A stretch of 64,000 nucleotides of DNA from the human T2T-CHM13v2.0 reference genome, Homo sapiens: NCBI RefSeq assembly GCF_009914755.1, contig NC_060926.1. One strand, 5' to 3'. Below, in pieces: positions 16,840 through 31,039 of this stretch (position 1 is the stretch's first letter; every line of letters begins with the position of its first letter). The notes beneath the pieces were generated by a model. It was given only the letters and a program-made list of their open reading frames with translations, had not been told where the DNA came from and did not search any database. Position numbers and translations under genes: made by a program.

Positions 16840-17834
16840 CTGTGCAAATATGTAGAGCTGGATTTGAAGACCAGTTTCAAGAAGGAGGGAGAAGGCGGCT
16901 AAAGCAACTCATTCAAGGCGAGACTATGAAGGGGACCCTTGGTCCCATTGGGGGCCGTGCCTCTCCTCTCCATCCACGCCAGTGGAAGGAAACCAGCCAG
17001 GTCCGATACGGCTATCGTGTGGCAAAGCAGAAGGCAGAGCTCCGGGGAGAATACCAACCCTACCACACTGCTGCCCGATTGAGGATGGGCTAAGGGCCTC
17101 TGCTTCAGGCTTGTTTTTGAAGCTCCCACAGCCTTGTGTGACTCTTGGGATCCTGGAAGTCACAGATGGGCTCCTGGCTGGCCAAGCAGTGCGAAGTGCT
17201 AGCCAGCCCGCCTTTGTGCCCACAAGAAGAGGGTTGTGCTGTCCTTGATCTTTTTCATTCCCTGGTGGGTTTATTTGGGCTTTGATCTTTAACCAAAGAT
17301 CAAATCAAGATCTTTTATCAAAGGTGTTTGTATAGAGAGACACCCTGAAAAGAAAATGCCTTTGTTTGATTAAAAAGTATCAGACACCTCCCTTCCCTCA
17401 ATGAGTGGTCGGGGTCTTCCACCTCGGAACTGAACACACCAGAAAAGATCAATCATTTCTCTGAGGACGTTTCCCACTGAGACCACGCTGCTGTTACTTT
17501 CAAACCAAGGAGAAATGTCTAACCTGCCAACAGCGATCATAAAGTTTGTCGTCAAATATTGAGAAACATCAGAGCACACTATGGATGCATGGCCTTGAAC
17601 GCTGAAAGCCCTTGTGGTGTTGCCTGGGTCACAAAAGCAATATATCTTCCTGGAGTGATGCTTTTATAGGTTACTGCGGAGTTTTCAAGCTGTAAAGGCC
17701 CTGGGTAAGCTTGTCTGACCACCCCCCGACCATGTTGGTGATAAGAAAACTGAAACCCAGCGAGCGAGGACTCATCCAGAGTCACGGAGGTGCTGGACGC
17801 AGAGCAGCAAGTGACCAGAGCTTCCATTAGGGCC

Positions 17835-18533
17835 TGTTTGGAGCTGAATTGAGACCCCCAAAATTCATATGTTGAAGTCTTTACCCCCAGTATTTCAGAA
17901 AGTCACTGCATTTGGAGAAACGTTTGTTAAAGAGGAGATTAAGTTAAAATAGGGTCATTAGGGTGGGTTCCAATCCAATTTGACTGGTGTCCTTTTAAAA
18001 AGAGGAAATTAAGGCCAGGCACAGTGGCTCACACCTGTAATCCCAGCACTTTGAGAGGCCAAGGCAGGCAGATTGCTTGAGCCTAGGAGTTGAAGACCAA
18101 CCTGGACAACTTTGTTGGACCCCATCTCTAAAGGAAAAAAATATATATACAAATTAGCCAGGTGTGGCGGCATGCACCTGCAGTCCCAGCTACTCAGGAG
18201 GTCGAGGTGGGAGAATCACTTGACCCTGGGAGGTCAAGGCTGCAGTGAGTTGTGATTGTGCCACTGCATGCCAACCTGGGTAACATAATGAGATCCTTTC
18301 TCCAAAATAATAAAAATAAAGGAATTAGGATGCAGACACACATGGAGAGAACACCACGGGGAGACACAGGGGGTAAGGCAGCCACCTCCAAGCCACACTC
18401 AGAGGCCTCAGAAGCAGCACACTCACCAAAACTAGATCTCAGACTTCCTGCCTCCGGGCTCTGAGAAGCCAGACTTCTGTTGTTGGAGCTCCCAGTCTGC
18501 GGCCCTTTGTCAGGGCAGCCCTGAGCAGCAACA
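17835..18533 (+). mobile_element. MLT1A/B-type LTR interrupted by an AluJ
   Basis: gaattgagaccccc aaaattcatatgttgaagtc...gggtcattagggtggg...gacttcctgcctcc...ctttgtcagggcagccc. Confidence 0.85.
18013..18320 (+). mobile_element. Alu (AluJ)
   Basis: gattgcttgagcctaggag and gaggtcaaggctgcagtgag J-type diagnostics; A-rich tail. Confidence 0.93.
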
Positions 18534-18935
18534 CTGTCCCCCTCTGCGTCCCCATGTCACGGCAACCACGTGGGGAACAGGGATTTTGAAGGACATCATT
18601 TCTGCACACTTACTTAAAGAGATGCTGGCAAAGCCCTTTTCATGAGTAGACACAGTATGGGAGAGTCCCTTTGATGTTGTTTGTATTGCGCAGATAGTGA
18701 TAGAAGGTCATGGCAATCATTTTCCTGTGTGATCAGTAAGCTGTCTCTGCAACCACCTCCCAAAGAAGCCATTCAGAATAGTTGAGGCAGGGATGAGATC
18801 TCTGGAGTAATTGTGTCCGAGGCATGGTGCTCCCTTCCAGGGATAAGATCAAGTTACTTTGTTTGAAAAAATCTAATGAGAGTCTCATGGATTTATTTTC
18901 TTGCTTCCTGAAATGAAATGAGAAGGAAACCATAG

Positions 18936-19295
<360 letters not shown>

Positions 19296-19429
19296 TAAAA
19301 GAAAGCTTTAAAATGGAACTTGCTCATGTGTGTTCAACTGCCTGTGAGTGTCCATGCACTCTGGACCAGCATTCTGGGTTGCAGAGACGGAGATGAAGGT
19401 GCCATGTGGCTGAGGGCTGTGGGTCATAG

Positions 19430-19640
19430 GCCCTGTAGCACAGTAGTCACACATGTGGACTTGGAGCCAACCTGCCTCCACCACTTGGCTGTGTGAGCTT
19501 GGGCAAGTTCCTTGACATCTCTGTGCCTTGGTTCCCCATGATGTTAAATGGAAGCCCTAGCAGTGCCTCTCACAGGGTGATGTTAAGGCTCCAGTGAGTA
19601 AAGCATGTGGTGCTCTCGGCACAATGGAGGCCGCACAGTA
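19430..19640 (+). mobile_element. MIR SINE
   Basis: ctgtgtgagcttgggcaagttccttgacatctctgtgccttggttcccc...cctctcacagggtgatgttaagg. Confidence 0.75.
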
Positions 19641-20174
19641 AGGCTTTACCCTTCTGGCTTGTGGGTGAAGTCAGACCCTCTGAAAAGCAATAACTAACAA
19701 TGCCAAGAGTATCCTAATGAGGGCACATGAAGGGCTTTGGAAACCCCACATGGGGAGCCCGAGACTTGGCCTACAGTGGGTGGGCACAGATGAACCCTAG
19801 GGGGGCCTGGGGAGCTGACTCCGGAACACAGATCCGAGCCTGTTCTGGAAGGGACAACCCCTGTTGGCAAAGAGGGGACAAGGGGAGCCTTGTGAAATAC
19901 TGCCTGTTTGGGGAAATGTGGGGAGTTTGTTGTAGCTGGGGAGAAGGCTGTGTTGGGGAGGGTGGTAAGAAATGTGACTGGAGAGGTTGAGAGGGTCCAG
20001 CCACAACTTTATCCCAAGAGCAAGGGGTTTAGCAGGAGGTGGTGTGGTCAGATCCGCAGCTTAGAATGACTGGCTGCTCCTGCTGCTGGGAGGAAGCTAG
20101 ATTGGAAGGACAGAGGCTGTAAGCAAGGAGACTCGTAAGTCCAACAGGAGATGATCAGGGCCCTAACGGCAGTA

Positions 20175-20562
20175 CTGCAGAGGCACCACATCCCTTCCCC
20201 TCCCTGAGCACGCGGGGAGGAGACCGTCTCCCGGAGTGCATTTCCCAGCCTCCTTTGCAGTGAGCTGAGGGGCCGCAGGACTGAGTTCTGACTAATAGAA
20301 TGGGGCAGAAACGATGTAACCCATTTCAGGCTTGGCCCTTAACATCTTGCAGGACCCTCTCATCTGCTCTTACTTTCTGCAGCAAATTCAGAAGTACTGG
20401 TTCCAGATGGCAGAGCTACAGCTCGAATTAGACGAGATCCCAGAGTGGTGACCTAGAGGTGAGTTGCCAGAAGACCAGCCCGGCCATCCAGACACTGTGT
20501 TCAGCCACTGAGATTGCAGGGATATTTGTTACAGCAGCATGACCTAGCCCACCTGACTACGC
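20175..20562 (+). mobile_element. MLT1J-type LTR within L2 remnants (L2-like sequence ~19680-21050)
   Basis: catttcccagcctcctttgcag...ttctgactaatagaatg...cagccactgagattgcagggatatttgttacagcagcatgacctagcc. Confidence 0.7.
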
Positions 20563-23500
20563 CAGGAGGACTTGGGGCACTTGGAGAATGAGCAGGACTG
20601 GGGGAGAGAAAGGAGTCTAGGGGTGACTTCCTGGATGACCAGGTGAATGGTGGCACCATTAACTGTGGCAGGAGATGCTGGGTGCTAAGTCAGTACTTCT
20701 ATCTTAGACAAGTGTGTTTGATGAGCTTAGGCAACAAGCAGGAACCCCCTGCAATACGTGCATGAAGCAGCATCAGGGAAAAGGCTAGAGCTGTGGACTT
20801 GGGTTTGTTGGCCTCCAGGTGGTCGCTGATGTCTTGTGGAAGGAAAGAGAGTGTCTGGGAGTGCCTTGGAGTGTGCAGGGCAAAGGACACTAATGCACAA
20901 GGAAAAGAAAAGGAGAAGGAGCCGGTGAAGGAGCCAGAAAGAGTCTGCTATTCGGGAAGGGGAAGAATGAGGAGAGGGTGATCAATGCCAAGATGCTGAT
21001 CAACAGGCAAGTCTGATGCAGACCAAATGCACGCCCTGGATGTGGCACACAGTAGGCCCTGGAGGGGCATACAGAGCCAAGCCGGGTCAGGGGATGGAGG
21101 GCGGGCACCAATACCATGGTCTGAGACATAAAAGGTGCAGTGGGTGTCCCCGGGAGAAGCCCAGCCCAGAAGGGAAGGAGGGAGGTAAGGGAGATGCTGA
21201 GTTGAGAGATGCTCATGCCAAACAGAGAGAGATGGCAGAAAAGCGCAGCGGAGGGGAGGTTGGAGAAGATATAGCAGAGAGAGGTGGCACTTGGTGCAGA
21301 GACATCTAACCCCAAGGAGCAAAGGGCATGGTGAGAGATGGAGAAGAAAACCTCCAACTGCCAAGACCTTCCCAGAGCAACGTTCCCCCGACCCCACCCC
21401 AGAGGCTTCCAATTCCCTAAGATGGCAGCCAACTAGGGCTGCCGCAGCCTCTCCAGTGTGCCAGCCTGCTGGTGTCAGAAACCATTCAGCCCCATGGCCC
21501 AGGGACCAGAGGTTTGTGCCCTCTGCACGTGGCCCTGGTGCAAGGCCCTTGGCTGGGCACCGAAGAAGATAACAAAGTGTTTATGACAGTCGCAACCCTT
21601 CAGGAGCTAAAGCAGTCCAGGAGCAAGATAAGGCAAGTTCAGAAATAACTCATCTGCAGCAGACAGATAACTGGTAAGTGCCAGGGAGAGGAGCAGATAA
21701 TGTGTGAGGGAGTTCACAGGGAGACTCCCTCCTGCTGGAAGAGATCAAGAAAGAAACACTGACGCAGGGCCTGGGGACCCAGGCCTAACCTTTGCATGCC
21801 AGTGTCTCTGCCGGGTTCTGGAGTAAATTGTCTCTCCTTCTTCTCGCCGGGGCTCCCTTCTCCATCCCATCAGCTCCAGCTCCTGCTCCCACCGTGGTCA
21901 GTGAGCTCGCGCTAGATGAGCATCCTGTTCCTCCGATCACCAGCAGCATCAGAAATCTGATGCATGAACAAGAGCAAAGTCACAGGGCTCCATAGACACC
22001 TCCTGGGATTGGGGCACAGACGGAACTTGAGCAGGACTTTAAAAATGAGCAAGTGTTAACAGCTCATGGCAGTCGGCAAGACTGGCTACAACCACAGCAC
22101 CTGCTCTGACAAATACAGACCATCCTCCTTTATCAAGTCCTCCCTGTTGGATAACGAAAAATCCAACAGGTAAAGTTTGCTTCTCAGATCTTCTGAATAG
22201 TCATTGAATTCAGGCCATAAAATAATGTCAAACGCTTAAAAAAGGGAAGGGAATGAGGCATCTTGCGTACTGCACAGAGCAAACTGAAAACCCAGATTTA
22301 TTTCCATAATGTGAATTTTTAAATATGATACTGAAATGGGCACAAAAGTCAATAACTTTATTAAAATGATTTTGCATTTCTTAACTTGATCTTTTCTGAC
22401 ACTACCCTTTGGAGTCACAGATGAGAAAAGCAAGACACATGACATGTGGTTCTACCTAAGGCAGCAAAGTGAATAGTGGAAAGACAAGCTTGTTCCAGAA
22501 ACAGCATGGCGGGGAAGGGTGTCTGTCGTTCTAGATCTTTCCAGCTGACTCTGGGGAAAGGATGCAGGGAGAAGAAAAGCTCCTTCCAGGGACTGCCATT
22601 TTTCTGTGTGTACATGAGCTTCCGAGGGACGGTGGTCACCTCCAAGGTGAAATTTGTGAGCCACACACTCAAAAAAGGTTGGCGGGCCCGGAGGGGAGTC
22701 CAAAGGGAAGCCCCTACACACACAGACATGGAGATGTGCTTGCCTTAGGTCATGAGGATGCCAGAGCGGCTTCCTATGATTATTCAAGCCTGATGGAATT
22801 TCACAACTGGTGCGAGATGAGCGCAAGGTGTTTAGACACCTTGCAAGAGCTGGAATGCCAGGAGGGGCGGCCGGGGGGCGGTCTCCTCCAAAATTCAAAC
22901 CCCCAAACAAGTCCGACTTTCTGCAGACAGCTCCTTCGCCATTCAGTAGGGACCTCTCCCCCAACACGGGACCAGCCCCTGAACTTGAAAATCCTACTTG
23001 GCTTCCCTCACCCCAAACACATCGGAGTCGCAAGCCCCACCAGGCCCGTTTCCAAGCCCCCACTCCTGTGTCTCCAGGAACCACTTGCCTTGTCTTGCCT
23101 TGCCTCAGAAGCATCATTTGGAAGCAGAAGCCTGTGGCTTCATTTCTTTTTATTTTAGAGCTGATCTGCTAGAAAAAGGTATTTTGCGAGGCGCAACGGA
23201 GGTAGAATGTCTCGTCAGCTAGCCACTTCACAGACATATGGCCTGCTATCCCACCAGTTAGGAAGTGATTATTGGAGCTGCACAAACAGATTTTTTTGTC
23301 AAAGTGGAGGTGTGATTTTCTCAGGTTCTGTGAGAACACACACACATATTTTTACCAACCCAATCTGTTTTCCAGCAGCCGGGTGGCCGCAGGGCCTGGA
23401 CACCCGCTTGGTGTTTAGGAGTCATGAAGGGTGCCTGGCGAGGTCCCTGGAGGCTGCAAACCTACCTGGCAGGAGCCAAAGACCCCAGGTTCATTCTGTG

Positions 23501-23799
23501 ACCACGAACAGAGCCTCTGCCTGCCCTTACCTGTGACAAGAGGGATGGCCACGAAAGCTGCCTCCTTGCACACAGAACCAAGCACCAGCGTTCACCCTAC
23601 TATGCATCTGAGAGCCGGGACTTTTTTTTAAACTCACCACTGCTAGTTTAGTTCTAAAATCTCTTTGAAATAAAAATTAAGACACACAAGAGATACTAGG
23701 GTAAAGATGGCAGATGAAACACGTTCCTTTACTTCCATTCTCTCTCTAAATCCATCAAAGACAAACATTTTGTTTTGTTTTATTTTACAGTGTAGCTTT

Positions 23800-24000
23800 G
23801 TGCTATGGAATGTGGTAGCCCCTAGCTACACGGGCTACATTTACCTTTTTATTAAATCAATTCTAAACTTCAGCTTCCAGATCACACTAGCCACATCTCA
23901 AGCACTCAGCAGCCTCACAGGGTTAGTGGCTGATATACTGAACAGCATAGAAAAAGAATGTTTCCATCAGCATCACAGAAAATCCTATTGAACAGCACTG
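23800..24000 (-). mobile_element. MER3 (hAT-Charlie) non-autonomous element
   Basis: tggtagcccctagctacac...cactagccacatctcaagcactca...catcacagaaaatcctattgaacagcactg. Confidence 0.8.
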
Positions 24001-24319
24001 GGACGGAACCTCCAGGAGCAAAATCTCGGGAGAACACACTGGTAAAATGCCGGAGGCTGGGAAGGGAAGAGTGCGTGGGGGCTGGCTGAGCACGCAGGAT
24101 ACAGCTGAGCCCTACACCAGGATTGGGGGGAGCCAAGAAGCCAACTCACCCTTCGCACTCAAGGAGGCCTGAGCAGGGGCAGCGGAGGAAGCTCACGTGC
24201 CCTCACTCATAAAGAGAAAATTCTACACTAAGGTCATAGACTTTATTTAAAGGTTAAAAAAAAAATCCTTCTATTCTCTGCTTTGACAAATATACCTTCT
24301 TGGTGATGTAAAAGGCCCA

Positions 24320-24731
24320 TGTGTTAGTTTCCTAGGGTGCCATGACAAAGTACACACACTGGGCGGCTTAGGACCACAGACGTTTATTCTCTCACTTCTG
24401 GAAACTAGAAGTCCAAGATGAAGGCGTCTGCAGGGCTGGTTCCTTCAGAAGGCTGGGAGGAATCTGTTCCTGGACTGTCTCTTAGTGTCTGATGATGACC
24501 GGCACTCGCTGGCGCTCCCTGGCCTGGAGATACATTTCTGCCTCCATCTTCCTATGGCTGTCCTATAAGGATACCCATCATCTTAGACTAGGACCCACCC
24601 GACTCCAGTATGACTTTATCTTAACTAATTATACCTCCAATGAACCTATTTCCAAATAAGGTCATGTCCTGAGAAACTGGAGGTTAGGACTGCAATGGAT
24701 CTTTTTGAGGGGACACAATTCAACCCTTAAC
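24320..24731 (-). mobile_element. MLT1C-type LTR
   Basis: tgtgttagtttcctagggtgccatgacaaagtac...ctatttccaaataaggtca...gggacacaattcaaccc. Confidence 0.85.
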
Positions 24732-25559
24732 TGCAGGTTCAAATGGATAGTCCTCCTTGGACTTCTCAGTTCGGCACCAAAACACAGCAACATGGGAAGA
24801 TCCCTGATCGTGGCCCATTCCCCTTCCTTCCCAGCCCAGCTCCATCCTGCACCTGAGGGAGCTTGCATGGCTCCATCCAAACCTCCCACAACCCCTTGCC
24901 CCCAGCCACTCCTCAGCCTAGGTGGCTCACACTGGCAGCATGGTCCACTCTGGAAGGAGGGCTCTGGAAAGAGCCCCCCCGCCCCGGGGCCCAGGGAGCA
25001 GGGTTGGGATCCTTTGGACAGGGAATTCCAAGGCCTCCTTTCCCTGGAGAATGTTCTAGAAGGAGGAATGAGGTGCGCACTCTGAGTGGGCATGTCCTCT
25101 TGGCCCCTGAGAAGGGGCACAGCTAGAAGAGGGAACATACACTCTCTGAGGCCGTGGCCCAGGTCTAAGGGCATTCCTGCCAAGAAGCAGCCAGGTTTAC
25201 CAGCGGAACCCAAAGAGGGCTCAGGATTTGGGGGTGTCCACAACTTCTGAAAATGAGAAGGAACCTGCTCACAAAGTAGTGAGGTGCACAAATCCCCTTT
25301 CCGACACCAGCAAAAAACTGAAGGCTTATTCTCTGGAGAGGAGACCAGGTCTCTAGTTGGGGAGATCCCAGGCACAGCTGAAGGTCAAGGCACCACACAG
25401 AAGTAGCAGATTAAGGGAAGGTTTGTATATGGAATATTGACCTGCGATAGCCCTGCTCCAGCCCTCTTCTCTCTCTCGGCCTTCAGAACGTCTAGGTTGT
25501 CACTTCCAAGAGAGGATTAAAGGGCTTTTTTGAGCTCAAGCCAGTGCAAGAGGAAAAAT

Positions 25560-26560
25560 CTAAAGATGCCGATATTGGTAGTTCCCCAGGAAAATAGTCC
25601 AACCAGATTCTTTTACAAGGAAGTCCACAATCAACAATCTTAATCACACATTTAGTGCTTCCAATCAACTTTTCATGCCCCACTCTTAAATATAAACCAG
25701 TGACTGAGGGTCTCAGCTGAAGAAAGCCCCTGACATGAGAGAGCGTGACCAAAACAAAGAGAAGAAGGTAACTTGGAGGAAACAGAGATTATGCATAGAG
25801 AAGAGAGAGTATAAAACAGGAAGCTATTATCAGTATCCTCAGATAGACAATCAGAGATGGCATCCAGGCACAAACACGTTTGTTTGTTTGTTTGTTTGTT
25901 TGTTTTTTAAAGAATATTTAGAGAACAGAAAGAATAGTTGTAAGCTTAAAATGCCGTGTTATAAATGTAAAGTTCATTCGAAAAATTAGAAGACAAAACA
26001 GAGGAAATAGAGAAAATAGAGCAAAAAAATGTAAAATTAGTTCAAGGGGTTCAACATATGAAGACAGAGTTCCAGAGAGAGAGAGAGAAACCAAGGAAAA
26101 GGTGGGAAAGGAAAGCATCATGACATAGTTTAGGAAATTTCAGAGAACTGAAAGACATTAATTTCTAGCCCGAAGGACCCAATGAGCACCCGCCCATATG
26201 ACAGATGAAAAGATACCCAGCCTAAGCCACCCGCATAACATTTACAAACACTGAGGACAAAAGACAATCTTACAAGCTGACAGGGAGATACAAATAGGTC
26301 TTCTACAAAGGATCATGAATCAGAATAATTTTGATTCTCAAGACAAATCCTGGATGCTAGACTACAATGCAGCAAAAATCCAGGGGAAAATGATTTCCAA
26401 CCCTGAATGCTGTACCAAACCCATTATCAACTAAGTGTGAGGGTACAATGGAGATGATGTCAGACATTCAAGGTGTCCAAATATTTGCCTCCCACGTCAC
26501 AGGAATGATCAGGAAATTTGCTCCACCCAAATAAGAGAAAACCATGAAAACCAAGCCCTG
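25560..26560 (+). mobile_element. Ancient L1/HAL1 ORF1-region remnant
   Basis: A-rich purine strand with ORF1-like motifs (atcttacaagc...ggatgctagactacaatg...ggaaaatgatttccaaccc...tcagacattcaagg); an L1 5'-like aagatggcaga at ~23705. Confidence 0.6.
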
Positions 26561-26633
26561 TGTCCCTTGACTTTCTACTTACCAGTGAAATGCGGGTCTG
26601 AAGGATTTAAAATGTTGGGTTTTATCTTTTTTA

Positions 26634-26636
<3 letters not shown>

Positions 26637-26675
<39 letters not shown>

Positions 26676-26691
26676 TGTGTGTGTGTGTGTG
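26637..26691. repeat. (TG)n microsatellite
   Basis: About 27 TG units with one interruption. Confidence 0.97.
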
Positions 26692-26748
26692 TTGCAGGAA
26701 GGATTGGAAGTTTCCTCAGTATCATCCCTTCATGGTTCACCAGGAAGA

Positions 26749-26901
26749 TGTTACCGGAAAGGGGTCCCAATCCAGATCCCAAGAGAGGGTTCATGGACCT
26801 TGCGCAAGAAAGAATTCAGGGCAAGTCCATAAAGTAAAATGAAAGCAAGTTTATTAGGAAAAGTAAAGGAATAAAGAACAGCCACTCCTTGGCAGAGCAG
26901 C
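26749..26901 (-). mobile_element. ERV1 (MER4-group) LTR terminal fragment
   Basis: tgttaccggaaaggggtcccaatccagatcccaagagagggttc...gaaagcaagtttatt (reverse of the LTR AATAAA/U5 end). Confidence 0.75.
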
Positions 26902-27435
26902 TGGGTCTTATCTTTAATATGCTTCCTTTCATGAGGATACATTCCACTTCGTCATCTGACTTACTGGTACTTGTGTCATGAGAGAAAACAAGCCTATTCC
27001 AATTTCTCAATTTTTTTGAAATCAACGTCAATTCCAAATTCAGTGCAGGTAGCGAGCCAAATGCATTTATAGCCCACTTGTTTTCTCTTTACATATCTTC
27101 CTTCATGGATCTTGCAAATAGCTTATTTTCCATTTCCATAATTTTTCATTATAACAGGAAGAGCCAGGAGAGCCGAGATAAATGAAATTATTAAATGGTC
27201 TCTTCAGACCCTTTCTTTATCCCAACATTTATCCATTCACTCATCTTCTAACCAAAGGTATATTTACAAGTAAGAAACAAACACGTGAGAGAATCGATGA
27301 TTTCATCAGTGCTACCAAGAGGCAACAAAACTGAACGCCTTCACCCTCTTCATTTACGTTTCCACTGCCAGCTCTTGCAGACTCAGATGGACAGAAGGGA
27401 AACCAGGCAAGGGAGCTCAAAGACTAGGGAGATCA

Positions 27436-27777
<342 letters not shown>

Positions 27778-28249
27778 CTACAAACCTAAATTCTGTGGAA
27801 AAGAACCCAGTGCAAAATCCCAAAGTAGTGGTAAAATTCCCACTTGTTAGGTTCACATTTCAGGCATGCCTCCATATTAGCTTCCCATTTCCTTCTCTCC
27901 TGCACTAATCAGGAATGAAATAAAGACTCAAACTTCAACCTGTGGCCTTCAGTTGAACCCCAGGTCTCCAGGGAGCCCTAATGGCTTTTTGAGCCTGGCC
28001 TCCCTGTTATGTGGACAAGCAAACAGGCAGGCCTAGGAAGATGACCAGTCTCCCCAAGGTCAGCGTGGGCCAGAGGTGCAGCTGGGACCAGAGCCTTGCC
28101 CTGCCCCTACCTTCCCCTGCATTGCCTCCAAGGAGAGAAAAACAGCCCCAAAAGACCCCCATCCCCTTGCAGCCCCCAGGGAGGCCCAGCACCTCCAGTG
28201 AGTGGTTCTGCCTCCCCAGCCAGCTCTAAGGTGACCACTGCAACCTTCT

Positions 28250-28556
28250 TCACACTCCTCAAAGCTCAGAGCCACCGCCTCCTGCCAGCTCTCAGCATCT
28301 GACTTTACCTCAGAGAAAACAGAAGCCAGCAGAGGGGAACTCCAGCCCTGTCAGCCCCGATCCTTGAACCCCAGCCCTGCGCCACAGCCCAGCTCCTCCC
28401 CTGTCTCGCCCCTCTCCCTCCCCAAGGCCAACCCCTCACCTTCAGGCACAGTCCTTGTCACATTGATGAACCCAGTTCCCCTCTGGTCTCTTCCTTCTCT
28501 CCCAGCTACTTGCGTCAACTTTAAAACATGCTCATGTCCCTCCCGTTAGACAGACA

Positions 28557-28597
<41 letters not shown>

Positions 28598-29550
28598 CCC
28601 TCAGGCTCCTCCTTCCTCCCCTCCAGTGCAGCCCCCACCCACCTCCTTCCTTAAATCCAAGAGACCTCTCCATTCGCTCATTCTTTTCCCCCTGACCTGC
28701 CTGGTGAACTCAGTGCCTCGTTCTCAACCTTCTCCTCCTCCTCCTGGGAGCACTCTCTCTCTTCCTCCTGGGCTGAGCTTGCCCTTGGGCAGCCCTCGCT
28801 CAGTCCTCTCTGCAGTTCTGCCTCCCGGGCCCCCTGCACCTGTGGATCCCAGGGCAGCCCTGGCAGTCTTCTCTTTGCACTTGGCCTCTTCCTGGGCACG
28901 AGCCTCCTCCGTGACTTCACTTAGCATCCATTCACCTACAGCCTGACCTCCAGGCTGAGTACCGACTGCTAGATGACCACGCCCAGTCACCCCACAGAGA
29001 CCTCAAACGCAGCATCCCAAGAGCCACGCTCCCCTCCCCACCAGGCCCCACGGACCACAAGATTTCTCCCCTTCCTGCACAATCTCTCCCTTCCCAGATG
29101 CATGGCTCACCACTCCCTCCCTTGCCCTGCACTCTCCAGTCACACAAATGTGACTCTGGTCCCAAATTGTCTTGCTCAGGGCCTCACACATGCTATTCTG
29201 TTGGAAACCCTCTTCTACCCCTGCCCACCCCTCCCTACCCCCAACCCTTAAATGACTAAGTCCTAACTCTCAGGTCTCAGCTTAGACGCCACTTCTTCCA
29301 GGGTGGTCTCCTCTGACTCCCCGAGTCAGAGTCAGGACCCCCTCTCTCTGGACATCCGCTTCGGAGCTGCTGTTGTGGGTCTCACTACACAAGAACGGCG
29401 GCCTGCATCTACCTTGCGCTGCTGAGTTCTCAGCTACCGGCACACGGCTGGCACTCAATGGGCACACCACATGCCCACACTTGTGGAACTTCACCCGTGA
29501 TCTAGTTTTGTGTCCCTGAGCCTGGCACACAGTGGACCCTTCCAGAGTGT
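28250..29550 (+). mobile_element. Highly diverged L2 fragments, with (GACA)(CA)n at 28549-28593
   Basis: CT-rich sequence with L2 motifs such as tcaggtctcagcttagacgccacttcttcc and cctgagcctggcacacagt. Confidence 0.55.
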
Positions 29551-30512
29551 TCACTGCTTCTGCTTCCACTGCTTCATGTGGAAGAAGGTGCCCACTGGGC
29601 AGACCAGAACCCACTAATGCTCATGGACCAGGGAAGAGGAGCAGCTGATCTGGGAGACACAGACTGGGGCCACACGAACCCCCAAGCCCCAGGGAAATGA
29701 GCTCAAGCTGATGGCCTCAGCCCTGCTCCACAGGAGACACAGAGCTTCCTGGATGCAGTGGGCATCTGAGAACAGGATAAAAATCTGCCCTAGGTCTATG
29801 GGAACTGGGCCTCCCATCCCAGGAACTGTGCCACCTGTGACAGGTCACTGGGGAATGCCCCACTCCCTCCCTGGGCACGGAGGAGCTGAGGAGGCCCTGA
29901 CCAGTCATGTGACTGGACTGCCGAGCTCCAGCCAGCCCCACGTGTGGGCAGCACCCTGGCCTCCAACCCAGCCACACAATGCTGCAAAGCGACCACCTGG
30001 GCAAAGCCAGGGCTCCGAGGCACAGGCAACCACGATGTCCTGGCCACCAAGGGCTGCTCTAGCAGGGACCTGTCTTTGGCAAGCTGCCCTAATCTAATCA
30101 GTGTCTGAACACAGCAAGCAGTGCCCACCCGCAGGACCAGAACACAGAGGAAACCCTTGAAAACTGGCCCAGGACTAAGCTTCCCTCTGAGTCAAGCTGC
30201 GTCTCTGAGCCTCTGCCCAGACATCCCAGAGCATTCGGTGCTGGTGCTGAACACAGCCCCGGGGAAGGCGCCCTGCCTCCAGACTCACCTTCTCCTTCTT
30301 CCTTCCCTCTTATTGTCCCTCCCAGGATAATTAAACAATAATGATTAGTGCCAAAAAAAACAACATGTCGTTTTCCTGGGGACTCGGTTCTTGAGCTTTC
30401 TGAATAAGGAGGCAGCGTTGATCGGGAGAAGTAGGGCAGGGGCAACAACTGGGGCCCTAGAGCAGAGGAGTCTTCCATTTCCTCATCTCTAAAATGGGTC
30501 ACACGTGGTATT

Positions 30513-30725
30513 TCTGCTGCTCCGGGATGACCCCTCAAAGCAAACTGCACCCGGGATGTCCACTTCAGCTGCTTCGCACCCCGAGGTTACACCTGGTCAG
30601 ACTGCAGGACTGGCCTTTCTCGTCCAGTCTGCAGCAGGGCCCTTGCCACCCGCCTGGCCGGGTCCAGCAATGGGCCCCAGTGTCATCATTCAGGCCCAGG
30701 CCCAACTTCTCCCCAGAGGCTGGAG
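30513..30725 (+). repeat. Local duplication A, copy 1 (213 bp)
   Basis: Aligns in direct orientation with 31539-31728; shared ccgggatgacccctcaaagcaaactgcacccggga. Confidence 0.93.
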
Positions 30726-31039
30726 GGGCTGGGGTGACCTTCTAGGCACATCGGGGCACAAAACAGAAGGCGGGAGATGCACACTACTTCTGCCTAGCAG
30801 TCGTGCCTTTCCCTCTTCTGTGGATAAATGAGTCACTTTTTCATTGTCCCAGTACAAATAGAATTTGGCTGAAAGGTCTGGCGTTCATGGGGCTCATTTC
30901 GCGTTCTTTTGATAGTTGTATTCTATTTGTCACACATGGTATTTCCTTCCCTGTGGCAGGTGGTTGGGGAGGGGAGGTTCCCACCCCCAAAAGTGAAGCG
31001 TAGGGTCTGGAGATTTCCTCACTAATCCACTGAACAGAT

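Noticed and set aside
22452-23172. Overlapping 198-aa and 221-aa ORFs around GC boxes
   Set aside because: No recognisable homology or exon structure; ORFs on both strands suggest chance. The GC boxes and the ETS site near 23260 are too weak alone to call a promoter
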